NCBI RefSeq assembly: GCF_006345805.1
Contig: NC_042999.1
Location: 24,180,001 to 24,244,000 of the forward strand
Origin: Octopus sinensis
Lineage: Eukaryota
Length of the DNA: 64,000 nt
Direction of reading: 5' to 3'
Under the pieces are notes generated by a model. That model searched no databases. It was not told the DNA's origin and saw only the letters and a list, made by a program, of their open reading frames with translations. This document shows positions 37,916 through 51,624 of this stretch, piece by piece. The position numbers and the translations under genes are program-made. Numbering within the stretch: the stretch's first letter is position 1; every line of letters begins with the position of its first letter.

Positions 37916-38368
37916 TTAATTCTTTATTGCCCACAGTGGGTGGGTGGGAAACATACAGGGAACAAACAAGGACAGACAAAGAGACCAAGTCGATTAGCTC
38001 GACCCCAGTGTGTGACTGGTACTTATTTAATCGACTCCAATGCGTAACTGGTACTTATTTAGTCGACCCCGAAAGGATGAAAGGCAAAGTCGACCTCGGC
38101 GGAATTTGAACTCAGAACGTAGCGGCAAACGAAATACCTATTCCTTTACTACCCCCAAGGGGTTAAACACAGAGAGGACAAACAAGGACAGACATAGGTA
38201 TTAAGTCGATTATATCGACCTCAGTGCGTAACTGGTACTTATTTAATCGCCCTCGAAAGGATGAAAAGCAAAGTCGACCTCGGCGGAATTTGAACTCAGA
38301 AAGTAGCGGCAGACGAAATGCTGGTAAGCAATTCGCCCGGCGTGCTAACGTTTCTGCCAGCTCGCCAC
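37916..38368 (-). mobile_element. SINE B head-to-tail dimer
   Basis: Junction CGAAAT|ACCTATT near 38135. Confidence 0.9.
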
Positions 38369-38384
38369 CATCTGATATTCATCA

Positions 38385-38690
38385 CAAGATAGTTGACTCA
38401 TGCATACAGTTATGCCCTTCGTTCCCTATGGGACATAGACCATCGACGATTATACTCCATTGTTTTCTATGCTAGGCTGTCATTTTTTCCTTCTCTCAAT
38501 TTGGAATCTGTTTCCTTGCAGCTCTCCTTCGGATTTTTCTGCACCGCGTTATGTTTCCTCGAGGGAGGTCTTTCCCCAAGGTCTTGTTGGTTATGAATTG
38601 ATATCGATGCTTTTTTCCTCGTTAGGGATGTTGGCACTACGCAAAAAACCTTTTTGTCTCTCGGAGAAAGGTGAACCATATTAGTTTGGT
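38385..38690 (-). mobile_element. RTE-clade LINE 3' end
   Basis: Minus strand KDLPRGNITRCRKIRRRAA...QWSIIVDGLCPIGNEG resembles the RTE C-terminus. Confidence 0.55.
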
Positions 38691-39486
38691 CCCTATCCTG
38701 TAGCTTATGTAGACCTTACCACGAGCTCGAGTTCCGGTAGTGTAGGTCTTGGATCATTTAGACTAACAAGCTTCAACATCGCAAGAAGTATTGGACCTCG
38801 TGGTAGTAACCTATGTATGGTATATGGGCAATCACTCGGTCGAACAACTAAGTACGATACGCAAATTCAGTGCTTCAACTATATCATACCCCAGCCAAGT
38901 TAAGAGCACTGCTGTTTTCAAAACAAGCAACAGGAGCCCAAAACACTGCCACGAAACGCTCTGTTATGTGCTTTGTTTTTGTCTTTCAGTTTTTCTAATA
39001 ATCATTATAATAATCATTTTAACTTTATTGTGCACAACTTGTTCGAATACTTGTAAGTATTTTTCATGATGGATACATAGACAAACACAAAGACACACAC
39101 ACATGCACGATCACACACACACACACACACACACACGCACGCACCACATAAAAAGAATGACTTGGATGGTTTAACACGAACCGGATTGTCCCAAATATTG
39201 TATCGTGCTCCAAAACACTTTTTTGGAGATGTTTTCTACGGCTTCTCCCATGTGATGCCCTTGGCTGTCGTCGACAACGACAGACGACTAACCACCTGGT
39301 TCCACACACACACACACACAGCCACACCACACACACACACACACACACCTACACCCACACACACACACACACACAGGCCCACCACATACATTTATATCTT
39401 AAATCCTTAAAAATGTTCAGCCAGAAAACTACGGCCATGCTGGGCACCACCGTTGAATGTGCTACACTAGTATGTGAAACCACCTC

Positions 39487-39556
<70 letters not shown>

Positions 39557-39614
39557 TTCATATATAAATGCACCACATATATAAGTATATATATATAATG
39601 TTGTATTTAGGGAT

Positions 39615-39935
39615 GGTCATGTGCCAGTTTAGCCAATGAAAACACGCACTATATATTCGGTCAACAAGGGAGTTCGACGCCGCTGCCGCATCTGTGTTTC
39701 CTGCCGAGAAGTGGGTTCATCTAGAACCCCTGACAAGAAGAGATCCAGTTTAGTTTTAAAGAAACCTGCATTTAGGTCAACAAGAAACCCACATCCATAC
39801 CATGCAGTTCTTTCAGGCATTTAGGAAGGATATTGAAGAGCTGTGGTCTCCTGAAACCCAAGCTGTTGCAGTATCTGGTCCTGTATTTTGATGGTGATGT
39901 TGGGATATTTGGCACCATGCAATGGCGCCCCGTTC
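39615..39935 (-). mobile_element. CR1/L2-group LINE 3' end
   Basis: FFKTKLDLFLSGVLDEPTSRQETQMR (FK..LD.FL..VPDEP motif). Confidence 0.65.
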
Positions 39936-40140
39936 TACTGTTGGGGTAACTTTCGACTATATATACTATATATATATATATATACGAAACTCAGAGTTTT
40001 ATCTTGACTATTGAATAATTGTAACATTATTTTATATCTATATAGCGCAATATATATATATAATAATATAAATATATTATATTGAGAAAGCAAAAAGTGA
40101 TGATATATATATATTGTATTTGATAAGCAATATATATATA

Positions 40141-40179
<39 letters not shown>

Positions 40180-40414
40180 TTGTTTTCTCTCAGACTACAA
40201 TCAGAGAGAAGATTGATGTCAAGTTAATTCCAGAGAAAGAAAATTTCAATTCTGGTTTTGTAACAGATATTCATCTGTCAGACCAGACGAGCAATGCCTA
40301 CCTGCTCAACAACGTCTATGTATACTAAGAGATCTCGTCAGAAACAACAAAAAAAAAAAAAGAAAAAGAAGAAAACAAGCCCAATAAATAAATACAATAC
40401 TAGTAAATAAATAA

Positions 40415-40464
<50 letters not shown>

Positions 40465-40606
40465 TTAATAATGATAACATGAGAATGTTTAACAAGAGCA
40501 ATCTCAAAATAAACAATCAGAAAAGCCATTAACCAAATTTCAAGCTCGTGTCATAGAGTGCAAAATTTTGTTTCTAGGCAATAACAGAAGTTAACGCCAC
40601 ACTTAC

Positions 40607-40752
40607 ACTGCGTCTATTGGCAACAATGTGTGAAGGTGGCGGACAATTCCTGCTCACTACCCCGTTCTCCTCACTATAGACCAACACACCTTCAGTCGCA
40701 TTGTTGTCTACTGGCATAGCAGAGTTATTGAGTCCCATGATCTTATTCTGTC
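40607..40752 (-). CDS. Candidate isolated coding exon (GQNKIMGLNNSAMPVDNNATEGVLVYSEENGVVSRNCPPPSHIVANRRS)
   Basis: gtgctcag|GA acceptor, consensus donor CAGT|gtaagt, 146 nt, only one open frame. Confidence 0.35.
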
Positions 40753-40761
40753 CTGAGCACA

Positions 40762-40809
<48 letters not shown>

Positions 40810-40934
40810 CTTACTCACACACACATACAGACATACGTATATATGTGTAGGTTAAACCGATTTGCTATATATGGCCCTAACTCAATATTTGGGATATATA
40901 TACATACATATATACATACATATATATATATATA

Positions 40935-41537
40935 TATTTTTTACTTGTTTCAGTCATTTGACTGCAGCCATGCTGGAGCACCGCCTTGAGTCTAGCAAAT
41001 CGACTACAGGACTTATTCTTTGTAAAACTACTGCTTATTCTCTCGGTCTCTTTTGCCGAACCGCTAGTTTACAGGGGCGTAAACACACCAGCATCGGTTG
41101 TCAAGCGATGTTGCGGAGACAAACACAGACACACAAACATATACACACACACATACATATATATATATACATATATGCGACGGGCTTCTTTCAGTTTCCC
41201 TCTACCGGATCTTTTCATTTGTGAAGCCAGTTTTTCCAAATTTTTCCTACTGAACCAAACAATTTGAAACTTCGTATACTGGTAGAATGTGTCAAAAGTA
41301 AACTTAATTGTAAACCAGAATGAAAACGGAATTGTAACTTCTAAGTTTAACATCGTTTAATAATTAGAATTTTGACCAATGGTATTCCGTCATTCGGCTT
41401 CATATTATTTACTCCGTCTCGACCACCAATTTCGTGACGTATCAAACATGTGGTATCTGAAATGTAAAACTAAAAATGGTGTCGCGTGTATATGTGTGTA
41501 TGTATGTGTGTGTGTATGTATGTGTGTGTGTGTGTGT

Positions 41538-41575
<38 letters not shown>

Positions 41576-41665
41576 AAAACTTAACGATGTTAATTTTTTT
41601 CGAGTGAATACTCGGTGTATGTGTATCTGTATGTATGTGTGTGTGTGTGTATGTGTGTGTCTGTA

Positions 41666-41714
<49 letters not shown>

Positions 41715-42240
41715 AAAACTATAACTCTTTCGTCTTCAACACAAGAAAATAACTGGATAACACACGTGCTTATTAGCCTCAAATGTGCACAGTTGCTACG
41801 TCACAAAACTGCTTTCTACGTCACACTAACAGAATGCAGTAACGTATTATATGTGAAAACAAGCAATCTCATTGGTTAAAATTGCAGTTTAATCTACGAT
41901 TAAAGTCAGAAAATAGATTTTTCTCAAATAAACTAGTTCCCAACTTGTGTCTTGTTTTGAGATACTCTACGAATACACGAAGTTTCAAATTATTTAGTTA
42001 ACTAGCGGTCCTGGCCACGATATTGAAAAGATCCCCTCTACCAAATCCAGTCACAAACCTTGGTCGGCCCGAGGCTATAGTAAAAGACACTTGCCGACGG
42101 TGCCTCGCAGTGGGACTGAACCCGGAACCACGTGGTTCGTAAGCAAGCTACTTATCACACAGCCACTCCTATATATATATATGTATAAATAAATAAATAT
42201 ATATATAATATATATATATATATGTATATTATATATATAT

Positions 42241-42284
<44 letters not shown>

Positions 42285-42604
42285 ATATATGCAGGTATGT
42301 ATACATGTATGCTTGCATGTATGTATGTATTCTTTTATTTGTTTCAATCAATTGACTGCGGCCATTCTGGAGCACCATCTTTAGTCGAACAAATCGACGC
42401 CAGGACTTATTTTGTAAGTACTTATTCTATCAGTTCTTTTGCTGAACCGCTGTTATCGGGACGTAGACACACCAGCATCGGTTGTCAAACGACGGTGGGG
42501 TGTAAACACATACACGCAACATGTATATATATATTATATAATATATATACTACATACAACATACAAGCATACATACATACATACATACATACATCATTAT
42601 ACAT

Positions 42605-42668
<64 letters not shown>

Positions 42669-42770
42669 CTACGGGGTTCTTTGAGTTTCCGTCTACAAAA
42701 TCCACGTATAAGGCTTTGGTTGACCCGAGGTTGTCGTAGAAGACACTTGCGCAAGGTGCCACGCAGTGGG
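40935..42770 (-). mobile_element. SINE A copies (40935-41205, 42035-42170, 42330-42770) separated by microsatellites
   Basis: Family A motifs, all on the minus strand. Confidence 0.8.
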
Positions 42771-42918
42771 TGTAATATTTGTACAAGCAAAGCAAAACCG
42801 TACACACTTACATAATACATGGATGCATTGATATATACATATGTACGCGTATACAAGTATAGCTATATGTGCATATGCATGTATATATACATACATACAA
42901 ATGCGTGTGTGTGTGTGT

Positions 42919-42971
<53 letters not shown>

Positions 42972-43789
42972 TTTCGGACTATTCCGCATGGCCCTTTTCA
43001 GAAACAAAATTTAATTAATGCTCAATGACATTTTTCTCATTAACGTTGAATTTCAATTAAGTGAAAATGTTTTTTCGGCATAAGCCATACCTCTGTCTGT
43101 GTGTTTCTCTGTGTGTCTGTCTCTGTGTCATTTTTTTGTTTTTTTGCCATGAAAGTTTTGGAAAGGAAATTGTGACAGGAGACGTGACTGTAGCAGGCAT
43201 GCTTTCGTGTAAAGACCGATTCCAGTCTGCGTATTTGCTAATTTGCTGTTTTGGGCTCTGCGTAAGAGATCATATCTCAACACCAATACAGACAGGTCGA
43301 GGTCACCAGGGGCTCGTACACTTCAGTATTATGACTTTTCAAAAGAGTTGGCGTGAAACACACAAAATTTTACTATTTGAGAGAATTACTCACTGTTGAA
43401 GATGATGATGATAATAAAAATACTATGGTTTTCTTGTGCAACTGCTGGGAATTACAATGCTTCATCTGTAAAGAGGCTAATGCTGGAGGACATTGGAAAA
43501 AAATTTGACAAAGCAGGGCAGATAATATAGTGTTGCAAGAAGAGGGCACATACTTTCGGGCTGAAAGAAAAGCACACACTGTAGAGTTGATACAAAGGGC
43601 ATATTGTAGGGATGGCCTATGACAAAGAATATTCTGTCACTTCCATCCAACGTTCTAACGACTCTGGAATTAACTCTGGAAATAACTTGACATCAATCTC
43701 CTCGAAAAGATAAAAATATCCAAGATTAGATCGGTTGAATACCTAACAATATAGGGACATACATATATATTATTAATATTATTAAAAAC

Positions 43790-44683
43790 GAAGAGAGAAG
43801 ATGGAGATGCGATCAATAAAAGTTTATTAATACATTGACAAAACAGGCCTACAATTGTTTCAATTTCTCACTTGTAGCATGAAATCAACCAAATTTAATT
43901 TAATTTAACTAAAATCACTCTAGTTAATTACTACAAGTGAGGATATCTTCAAGGAAGGACGCACAAAGTATTTTAGCATATTCAAAACATAAGGAAAACA
44001 TTAAAAATGAAGATTACAGTGTAACATTAAAGTTAAACATATATACATTAATGTATGTATTTTTAACTTTAATAGTAGACTGTATTTTTCCTTTTTAATG
44101 TTTTCATCATGTTTTATATATCACGTTTTATATATAATTCAGTTAGAGTTTATGTTAGCCTCATTAAAAGATGGTGTCATCCAAGAAAATATTGGTTCAA
44201 TACCATAAATTTTTCGGAGAATTGACTTCATCAAAATAATAGGTGCTTACATAAACTGTAGTTTATATAGATATAAAGGAAGAAGAATAAGAAAATGGAG
44301 ACTGTGAAGTTAATAAGAGTTTATTGTGAACAACAAATCAATCATTATCCCTTACAGCTGTTTCAAGTATACTCAGTGAAATTAATTAAATATTAAGTTC
44401 ATATAATCTCTTCAGAGGGAAAAATATACCCTTAGATGTTTTGTATGTTTGTTTGTTGGTTCATCACAAACAAAACATACAAACATCAAAGGGTATATTT
44501 TTCCCTCTGAAGAGATTATATGAACTTAATATTTAATTAATTTCACTGAGTATACTTGAAACAGCTGTAAGGAATAAAGATCGATTTGTTGTTGATAGTA
44601 AACTCTTAACTTCACAATCTCCATTTTCTTCTTCTTCTTCTTCTTCTTTTCTTCTTCTGCTTCTTCTTCTCCTTCTTCTTCAT

Positions 44684-44737
<54 letters not shown>

Positions 44738-45040
44738 TGGTAAAAACGGTAAGATAACAAAAGAAAGAAAGAGACCTAAATATTATGTAAATAGAGGAAA
44801 TTTATCTATAAAATAATATGTACAATTACTCAATAGTGGCCATCTGAAAAAACGCTATGAAAAAAATACCGTTATTTTAGCAGAATTATAACAGTAATTT
44901 CCCTTTTATATAACGGTATTTTTTCATAGCGTTTTTTCAGATGGCCAGATAACCGAAGAGATGGTGTTGTGGATTTCCACTTCGGCATCTGAAATTCAGA
45001 GTTTTATCTTGACTATTGAGTAATATTGTACATATTATTT
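43790..45040. mobile_element. Cluster of PLE-type terminal fragments with hammerheads and foldbacks
   Basis: Hammerhead motifs at 43848-43954 (-), 44348-44420 (-), 44502-44574 (+), 44947-45009 (+); inverted repeats 44279-44640 and 44837-44947. Confidence 0.7.
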
Positions 45041-45136
45041 TTTATATATATATATATATATATATACATTACACACACACCACACACACACACACACCAC
45101 ATATATATATATATATAATATATATATATATATAAT

Positions 45137-45170
<34 letters not shown>

Positions 45171-45211
45171 GATATATACATATATATATAAATGTGTGCG
45201 TTAGATATAGA

Positions 45212-45275
<64 letters not shown>

Positions 45276-45679
45276 GTATGTGTATGCATGTATGTACACA
45301 AACATACATATATATATATATATATATAAACATATATATGTCAACGCACGCACAATACATATCCAAGAAGAACAAAGAGTTTAATGAGATGGTGTACCAC
45401 TGAAAAATATTTTAATTAATTCAACGTTACAGCCCTAATGAGGAAAAAATTATGAGCGGTAATGAAATTTTGATCACAGAAACGGCAACGAGAAGTAAAC
45501 TGAAATGATTGAAATTTAATGGGTTCATCTTATTGCTCTTACACAGAACAAAATTACATTTATGCAACGTCAACAAGGTTTTTTTTTATGGTTGTAAGTC
45601 TACTTAAAGCTATGTAACTTTCGGCTCACTATAGCAACAAGGCGCAGGCGTGGCTGTCTGGTTAAAAGCTTGTTCCTTA

Positions 45680-46459
45680 ACCTATTTCTTTACTACCCAC
45701 AAGGGGCTAAACATAGAGTGGACAAACAAGGACAGACAAAGGGATTAAGTCGATTACATCGACCCCAGTGCGTAACTGGTACTTAATTTATCGACCCCGA
45801 AAGGATGAAAGGCAAAGTCGACCTCGGCGGAATTTGAACTCAGAACGTAACGGCAGACGAAATACCTATTTCTTTATTACCCACAAGGGGCTAAACATAG
45901 AGTGGACAAACAAGGACAGACAAAGGGATTAAGTCGTTTACATCGACCCCCAGTGCGTAACTGGTACTTAATTTATCGACCCCGAAAGGATGAAAGGCAA
46001 AGTCGACCTCGGCGGAATTTGAACTCAGAATGTAACGGCAGACGAAATACCTATTTCTTTATTACCCACAAGGGGCTAAACATAGAGTGGACAAACAAGG
46101 ACAGACAAAGGGATTAAGTCGATTACATCGACCCCAGTGCGTAACTGGTACTTAATTTATCGACCCCGAAAGGATGAAGGCAAAGTCGACCTCGGCGGAA
46201 TTTGAACTCACAACGTAACGGCAGACGAAATACCTATTTCTTTATTACCCACAAGGGGCTAAACATAGAGTGGACAAACAAGGACAGACAAAGGGATTAA
46301 GTCGATTACATCGACCCCCAGTGCGTAACTGGTACTTAATTTATCGACCCCGAAAGGATGAAAGGCAAAGTCGACCTCGGCGGAATTTGAACTCACAACG
46401 TAACCGCAGACGAAATACCGCTAAGCATTTCGCCCGGCGTGCTAACGATTCTGCCAGCT
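45680..46459 (-). mobile_element. SINE B tetramer (184/185/183 bp units plus a headed unit) nested in a SINE A head (45641-46760, +)
   Basis: Unit starts at 45680, 45864, 46049 and 46232; flanked by TG(T/A)TCCTTAACC. Confidence 0.95.
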
Positions 46460-46811
46460 TGATCCTTAACCGCTTGGGTCCGGATTATCTCCAAGTGCGT
46501 TGCAGCTTCGGTATCTTCTACTATAGTCTCAGGCCGATGAAATCTTTGTGAGTGGATTTGGTAACCTGAAATTGAAAGAAGCCCGTCGTGGTGTGTGTGT
46601 GTGTGTGTTTGTGTGTGTGTATGTATGTGCGTGCGCATTTGAATGTGCGTGTGTGTGCATGTGTTCGTGTATGCGTGAGTGTGTCTGTGTTTGTCACCCA
46701 CCACGGCTTGACAACTGGCGTTGGTGTGTTTAGAGCCCCGTGAAATTGCGGTTCGGCAAAGGATCCCTATGAAACAGGTCAACTTTGACTGAAAGAATTA
46801 AAAGATACAAG

Positions 46812-46862
<51 letters not shown>

Positions 46863-47118
46863 CAAAGTGGCAGATCGTTATTAAGGAGAGACACAAAAAA
46901 AGAAAGAAGAAAACAAAGTACCACTGAGGAGGACAAAGAAATGTGACAAAAGAACTCTGGCCGAAATACAATTAATATAAAATAAAGCTGAAACAAATGA
47001 ACACCAAATATATAGTGCGTGTGTTTTCATTGGCTAAACTGGAAACATGACCACCCCTAAATACAACATTAATATATATAATATATGTGTGTGTGTTTAT
47101 ATATGTATATGTTGTGTT

Positions 47119-47164
<46 letters not shown>

Positions 47165-47304
47165 TGTATATATAATTATATATATATACATATTTACATT
47201 TTTGTGCGTGTGCGTGTGTGTGTATATATACATACATATATATATATATACATATATATATATATGTATGAATGTATATATATATATATACACACACACA
47301 CACG

Positions 47305-47337
<33 letters not shown>

Positions 47338-47630
47338 TATATATATACACCCACACGCACACAAATGTAAATATGTATTTTCTATATTTTCAAACAATAT
47401 CTTTGCTCTTATTACTATTACTATTACTATTATTATTATTATTATTATTGTTATTATTATTATTGTTATTTTTAGCCGGAATTCCGACAGCTGTGGCAAT
47501 ATTGATTTTTCGCGGTCCGTTTTTGACACTTGCGAGGCACACCTTCTGCCCGTGATTTCGACTAATCATAAACTATCTTAGGCTAGCACACCGGTGGGAT
47601 GTAATTTACAACGGTTCCCTTGGCCTGGAT

Positions 47631-47781
47631 TCAGAAACCGACTGCTGTGCAGGATACACAGAAGAGAGCCATTAGAAGAGAGCTTATTCTGCCATTAGAA
47701 AGTTTTGTCTCTGTCAAACCGTTTGTCTTGTCGTCTGTTTCAATACTTCTCACAGCAGTTCTTTTGGGAACTGTACGATTT
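47631..47781 (-). CDS. Candidate terminal coding exon ending in a hydrophobic, GPI-signal-like tail (NRTVPKRTAVRSIETDDKTNGLTETKLSNGRISSLLMALFCVSCTAVGF*)
   Basis: Strong acceptor ttgttaatttttttgcag|A, 49 codons to TGA, polar spacer followed by a hydrophobic C-terminus. Confidence 0.4.
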
Positions 47782-49323
47782 CTGCAAAAAAATTAACAAT
47801 TTGTTTTTACTAATTCAAACCACCAGCTGTAGTTGATGTGTTTTCGTACGTTTCGTTTCCGATAGCGCTTCATAGTTATCGCATGTGAGCCAGCTGTACG
47901 ATGCAGTCAGATAACAGAAAAAGCTACATTCAACTCAATTAGGGCTACACGTGACTTAAGTTCACCACTTCATATATCAACCTTATAACAATACATCTCT
48001 TCACAATGTCCTCATGTTTGTTCCTGTGATTTATCGAATTCAACCTAGTTGCATTCAGCTGTTAGCTGTTGTTAAACGCAGTTATGTAAACACGACAACT
48101 TTTCACGACTTCCTCTCTTCTTGATATGATAGAAATAACCTCACTTTTGACTGACCTTATCTTATATACATATTCTCGTTGCTGCACCCAGACTTCTTTT
48201 ATTCATACACAATTTTATATTAAGCTTGACTTTCTATTTCTAATGTACATATTATATAATGTTATCAATTTTCTTGGAACAATCTGATTGTTACATTAAG
48301 TTGTTTATCAGGACCCTTGTGTAATATTATATTTTGGCTACCGCAGTGTGTAGAGATCATTTGAAAAGCTGTAGAATTGTTAAACTATAGAAAATGTAAC
48401 TAATCTATGAATAACAACAAATGTTCACTTAATTATGTTACTGGAGTCGGTCAATACGTTTTTTTTTTTTAGAATATAAGATATACGGTGTCAGACACAC
48501 TTGGCACCTCCTTAACATTTAAAAATATTACACTCACACACACACACATACAAACACAATCTCGTTCGTGTTCACTGAGACATATGTGAATCTAAATAAA
48601 TTCACCTATCATAACATTTTTGTCTTGTAGCATTTCCACTCTCTCAGTCCTCTCCAAGTGGTACTTAAAAATGTGAAGAGGGTAAGAAAAACTTGTCAGA
48701 GAAAATAAAAAAACTAAAAAACTAAAAACTCCTGTCGCAAGCGTTTTCTGCGTCCACTGGTTGCATCGTGGTTATTACACACACACACACACACACATAC
48801 ACACACACACACACACGCTCACACACACACACACACACACGCTCACGCACACACACACACACACACACATATATATAAAAGAGTTTTTTGCGTAATGAGA
48901 TAAAAAAAACCCAAGGCTGTGTAGATATTAGACATTTATAGATAGAAGGTCTTACAGCTGTTCTAGGATATTGATTAATTAATATCCCTCATCAGACGGT
49001 GTGACGGTGTGAGAGGATGGTTAAGTCATAGTTAATTTAGATGTGATACAAAATAGAGAGTGGAGTGGAGGAAAGGAAATAGATGCAAGTTATGTAGAGA
49101 TATTGAAGTTGTAGATCCATTTTTGTGGCAGAATGGTATATATGTAGGATTCCAATACCTTATGAATAAAGCCCAACAGAGTTTAAAATGGGTCCTTCCA
49201 AATAGAGAGTTTATACACAATGTAAGTTTTTAATAGCTTATGAGTGATATCCAGTAGTTTTTAAACTTAGTCATTCCAAGTACAGAATTTATACACAGTG
49301 TTGTAGAGTCAAAAGGTCTTTCC

Positions 49324-49360
<37 letters not shown>

Positions 49361-49574
49361 ATATTAAACTTTTTAATACTTTTTGATAGTTATATATATT
49401 TAATAAAATAAAATATAAAAAGTTATAAATATAAATTAATAATTTTAATTTTAAATTTAAATAATTAAAATTTTTAAATATTATATTTTATATATTTTGT
49501 ATATTATATTAATTATTTTTATTTTTATGTTTTTCACTGATTTGCCTAATAGTGGTTTTATCTCTAATTTAATT

Positions 49575-49624
<50 letters not shown>

Positions 49625-50185
49625 AAACTTAATAGTTTAGAAATAAACTGACAAGCACAACAAAATCAACACGTGTGTAGAAACGGTGTGGGAAGAAGTG
49701 CAAAGGTGTCGGGAAGAAGATTACAATATAATTTTCCAAACTTCAGAGTCCCAGAACTACAAACCTCATGTTCCCTTACTTTCATGTTCTTCAACATACT
49801 GTTTGTTCGCTTGGGAAGCAATAGTATTTTATCAGAGTTGTAGTAAAGAGAGAGCTGGAAAGTGATGTGTGACTATAAGGCGCAGCTAATGATGAAGCGA
49901 GATATTAGATAATACAGCAAACAGGAGGAAGGGAATCTTAATATGTTAAAGACTGACTACCGAAGACCATGAGATAGGATACACACTTCGATGTATTGGA
50001 GGTGTTCTAGAGTCATAAAGCGACTTCAGGGATAATTCTCAGTTGAAGAATCTACTAAAACTTTATGAATTCAGCTTAGAACTAAGAATTTGTCACAAGA
50101 CAAATTTATCAGAGCTGCTATAAAAAGGTTAAAATGTAGAATATCTATCTCCAAGCTTGGATGACGAGGTTGCATACAGATACTC

Positions 50186-50575
50186 ATCATCATCGTTCGA
50201 CCGTGGTCGAGACAATGGAGTTTACCTTGTTACGCCAGACTTCACGGTCCATCATAGCATCACAGAGGTCCTGTTGCTAGATGCCTGAACCCCTGGAGAT
50301 TATATCAGGGTAGGAGAGTATGCGCCCTCTGGTATCGCGAGTAGATGGCTTCCAGAGAAGAGTAGAAATTACCTCGTTTTCAGCTCTACAAAAATGTCCA
50401 GCAAACTGGGCTCTTCTACCTTTCACAAGAGATGATGCAGGTGGTAGTTTCCTCTATATTTGTACTTTGGTTGGATGACGCTTCCACGAGAGTTTTGAGC
50501 TCTCATAAGGAGGCGAGTGTAAGTTCCATCCAAGCGCCTCTCAAGCTTCTTTGATAGAAGTGCTAGTATCTAGTG
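50186..50575 (-). mobile_element. RTE-clade LINE 3' end with (GAT)n tail
   Basis: LSKKLERRLDGTYTRLLMRAQN..RRAQFAGHFCRAE..AMMDREVWRNKVNSIVSTTVE across frameshifts. Confidence 0.8.
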
Positions 50576-50849
50576 ACGGAGGAGTGGTAAAAAGCAGAAA
50601 CTTGCAAAGAGAAAGTGACCAGTGTAAGAAGAAAGAATAATTAAAAGCAAACCCATGAAAATCTATTAAAATCAAATGATAAAAGGTAGGTGCTACGTGA
50701 ATAGTGTTACCCTTGTAAAAATGATGTAACAAAGACCGCCAACAATCACTCCACTAGTTCTGAGATTTTCCTCTCAATACTGCGATTGTTGGCCTCCTGA
50801 AAACTGAAGAAGATTAGACCTTACTCCGTTATAATCATAGGAAAGTATT

Positions 50850-50926
<77 letters not shown>

Positions 50927-51033
50927 ATCTATCTATCGATTTCTGTCTATCTACCTATCTATATCTATCTATCTATCTATCATATATCTATCTATCTATC
51001 TATCTATCTATATATATATATATAATATCTATC

Positions 51034-51087
<54 letters not shown>

Positions 51088-51592
51088 GCTATGTGGCAAG
51101 TTGCTTGCTTACCAATCACATGGTTTCTGGGTTCAGTCCCACTGCGTGGCACCTTGGGCAATTGTCTTCTACTATAGCCTCGGGCCGATCAAAGCCTTGT
51201 GAGCGGATTTGGTAGATGGAAACTGAAAGAAGCCCGTCGTATATGTATATATATATGTGTGTGTGTGTGTATGTTTGTGTGTCTATGTTTGTCCCCCCGA
51301 CATCGCTTGACAACCGATGCTGCTGTGTTTACGTCCCCGTAACTTAGCGGTTCGGCAAAAGAGATCGATAGAATAAGTACTAGTCTTACAAAGAATAAGT
51401 CCTGGGGCCGATTTGCTCGACTAAAGGCGGTGCTCCAGCATGGCCACTGTCAAATGACTGAAACAAGAAAAAAAGAGTAAAAGAGTATACATACATACAT
51501 ACATACATACATACCTACCTACATACATACATACATACATACATACATACAATACATACATACATACATACATACATACATACATACATACA

Positions 51593-51624
<32 letters not shown>

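Noticed and set aside
45680-46459. Regular repeat array that might be taken for CRISPR or satellite
   Set aside because: There are no unique spacers, the units are SINE B bodies and the context is eukaryotic.
49320-49570. Extremely AT-rich scrambled tract
   Set aside because: No periodicity or structure; may be a degraded TA tract or low-quality consensus.
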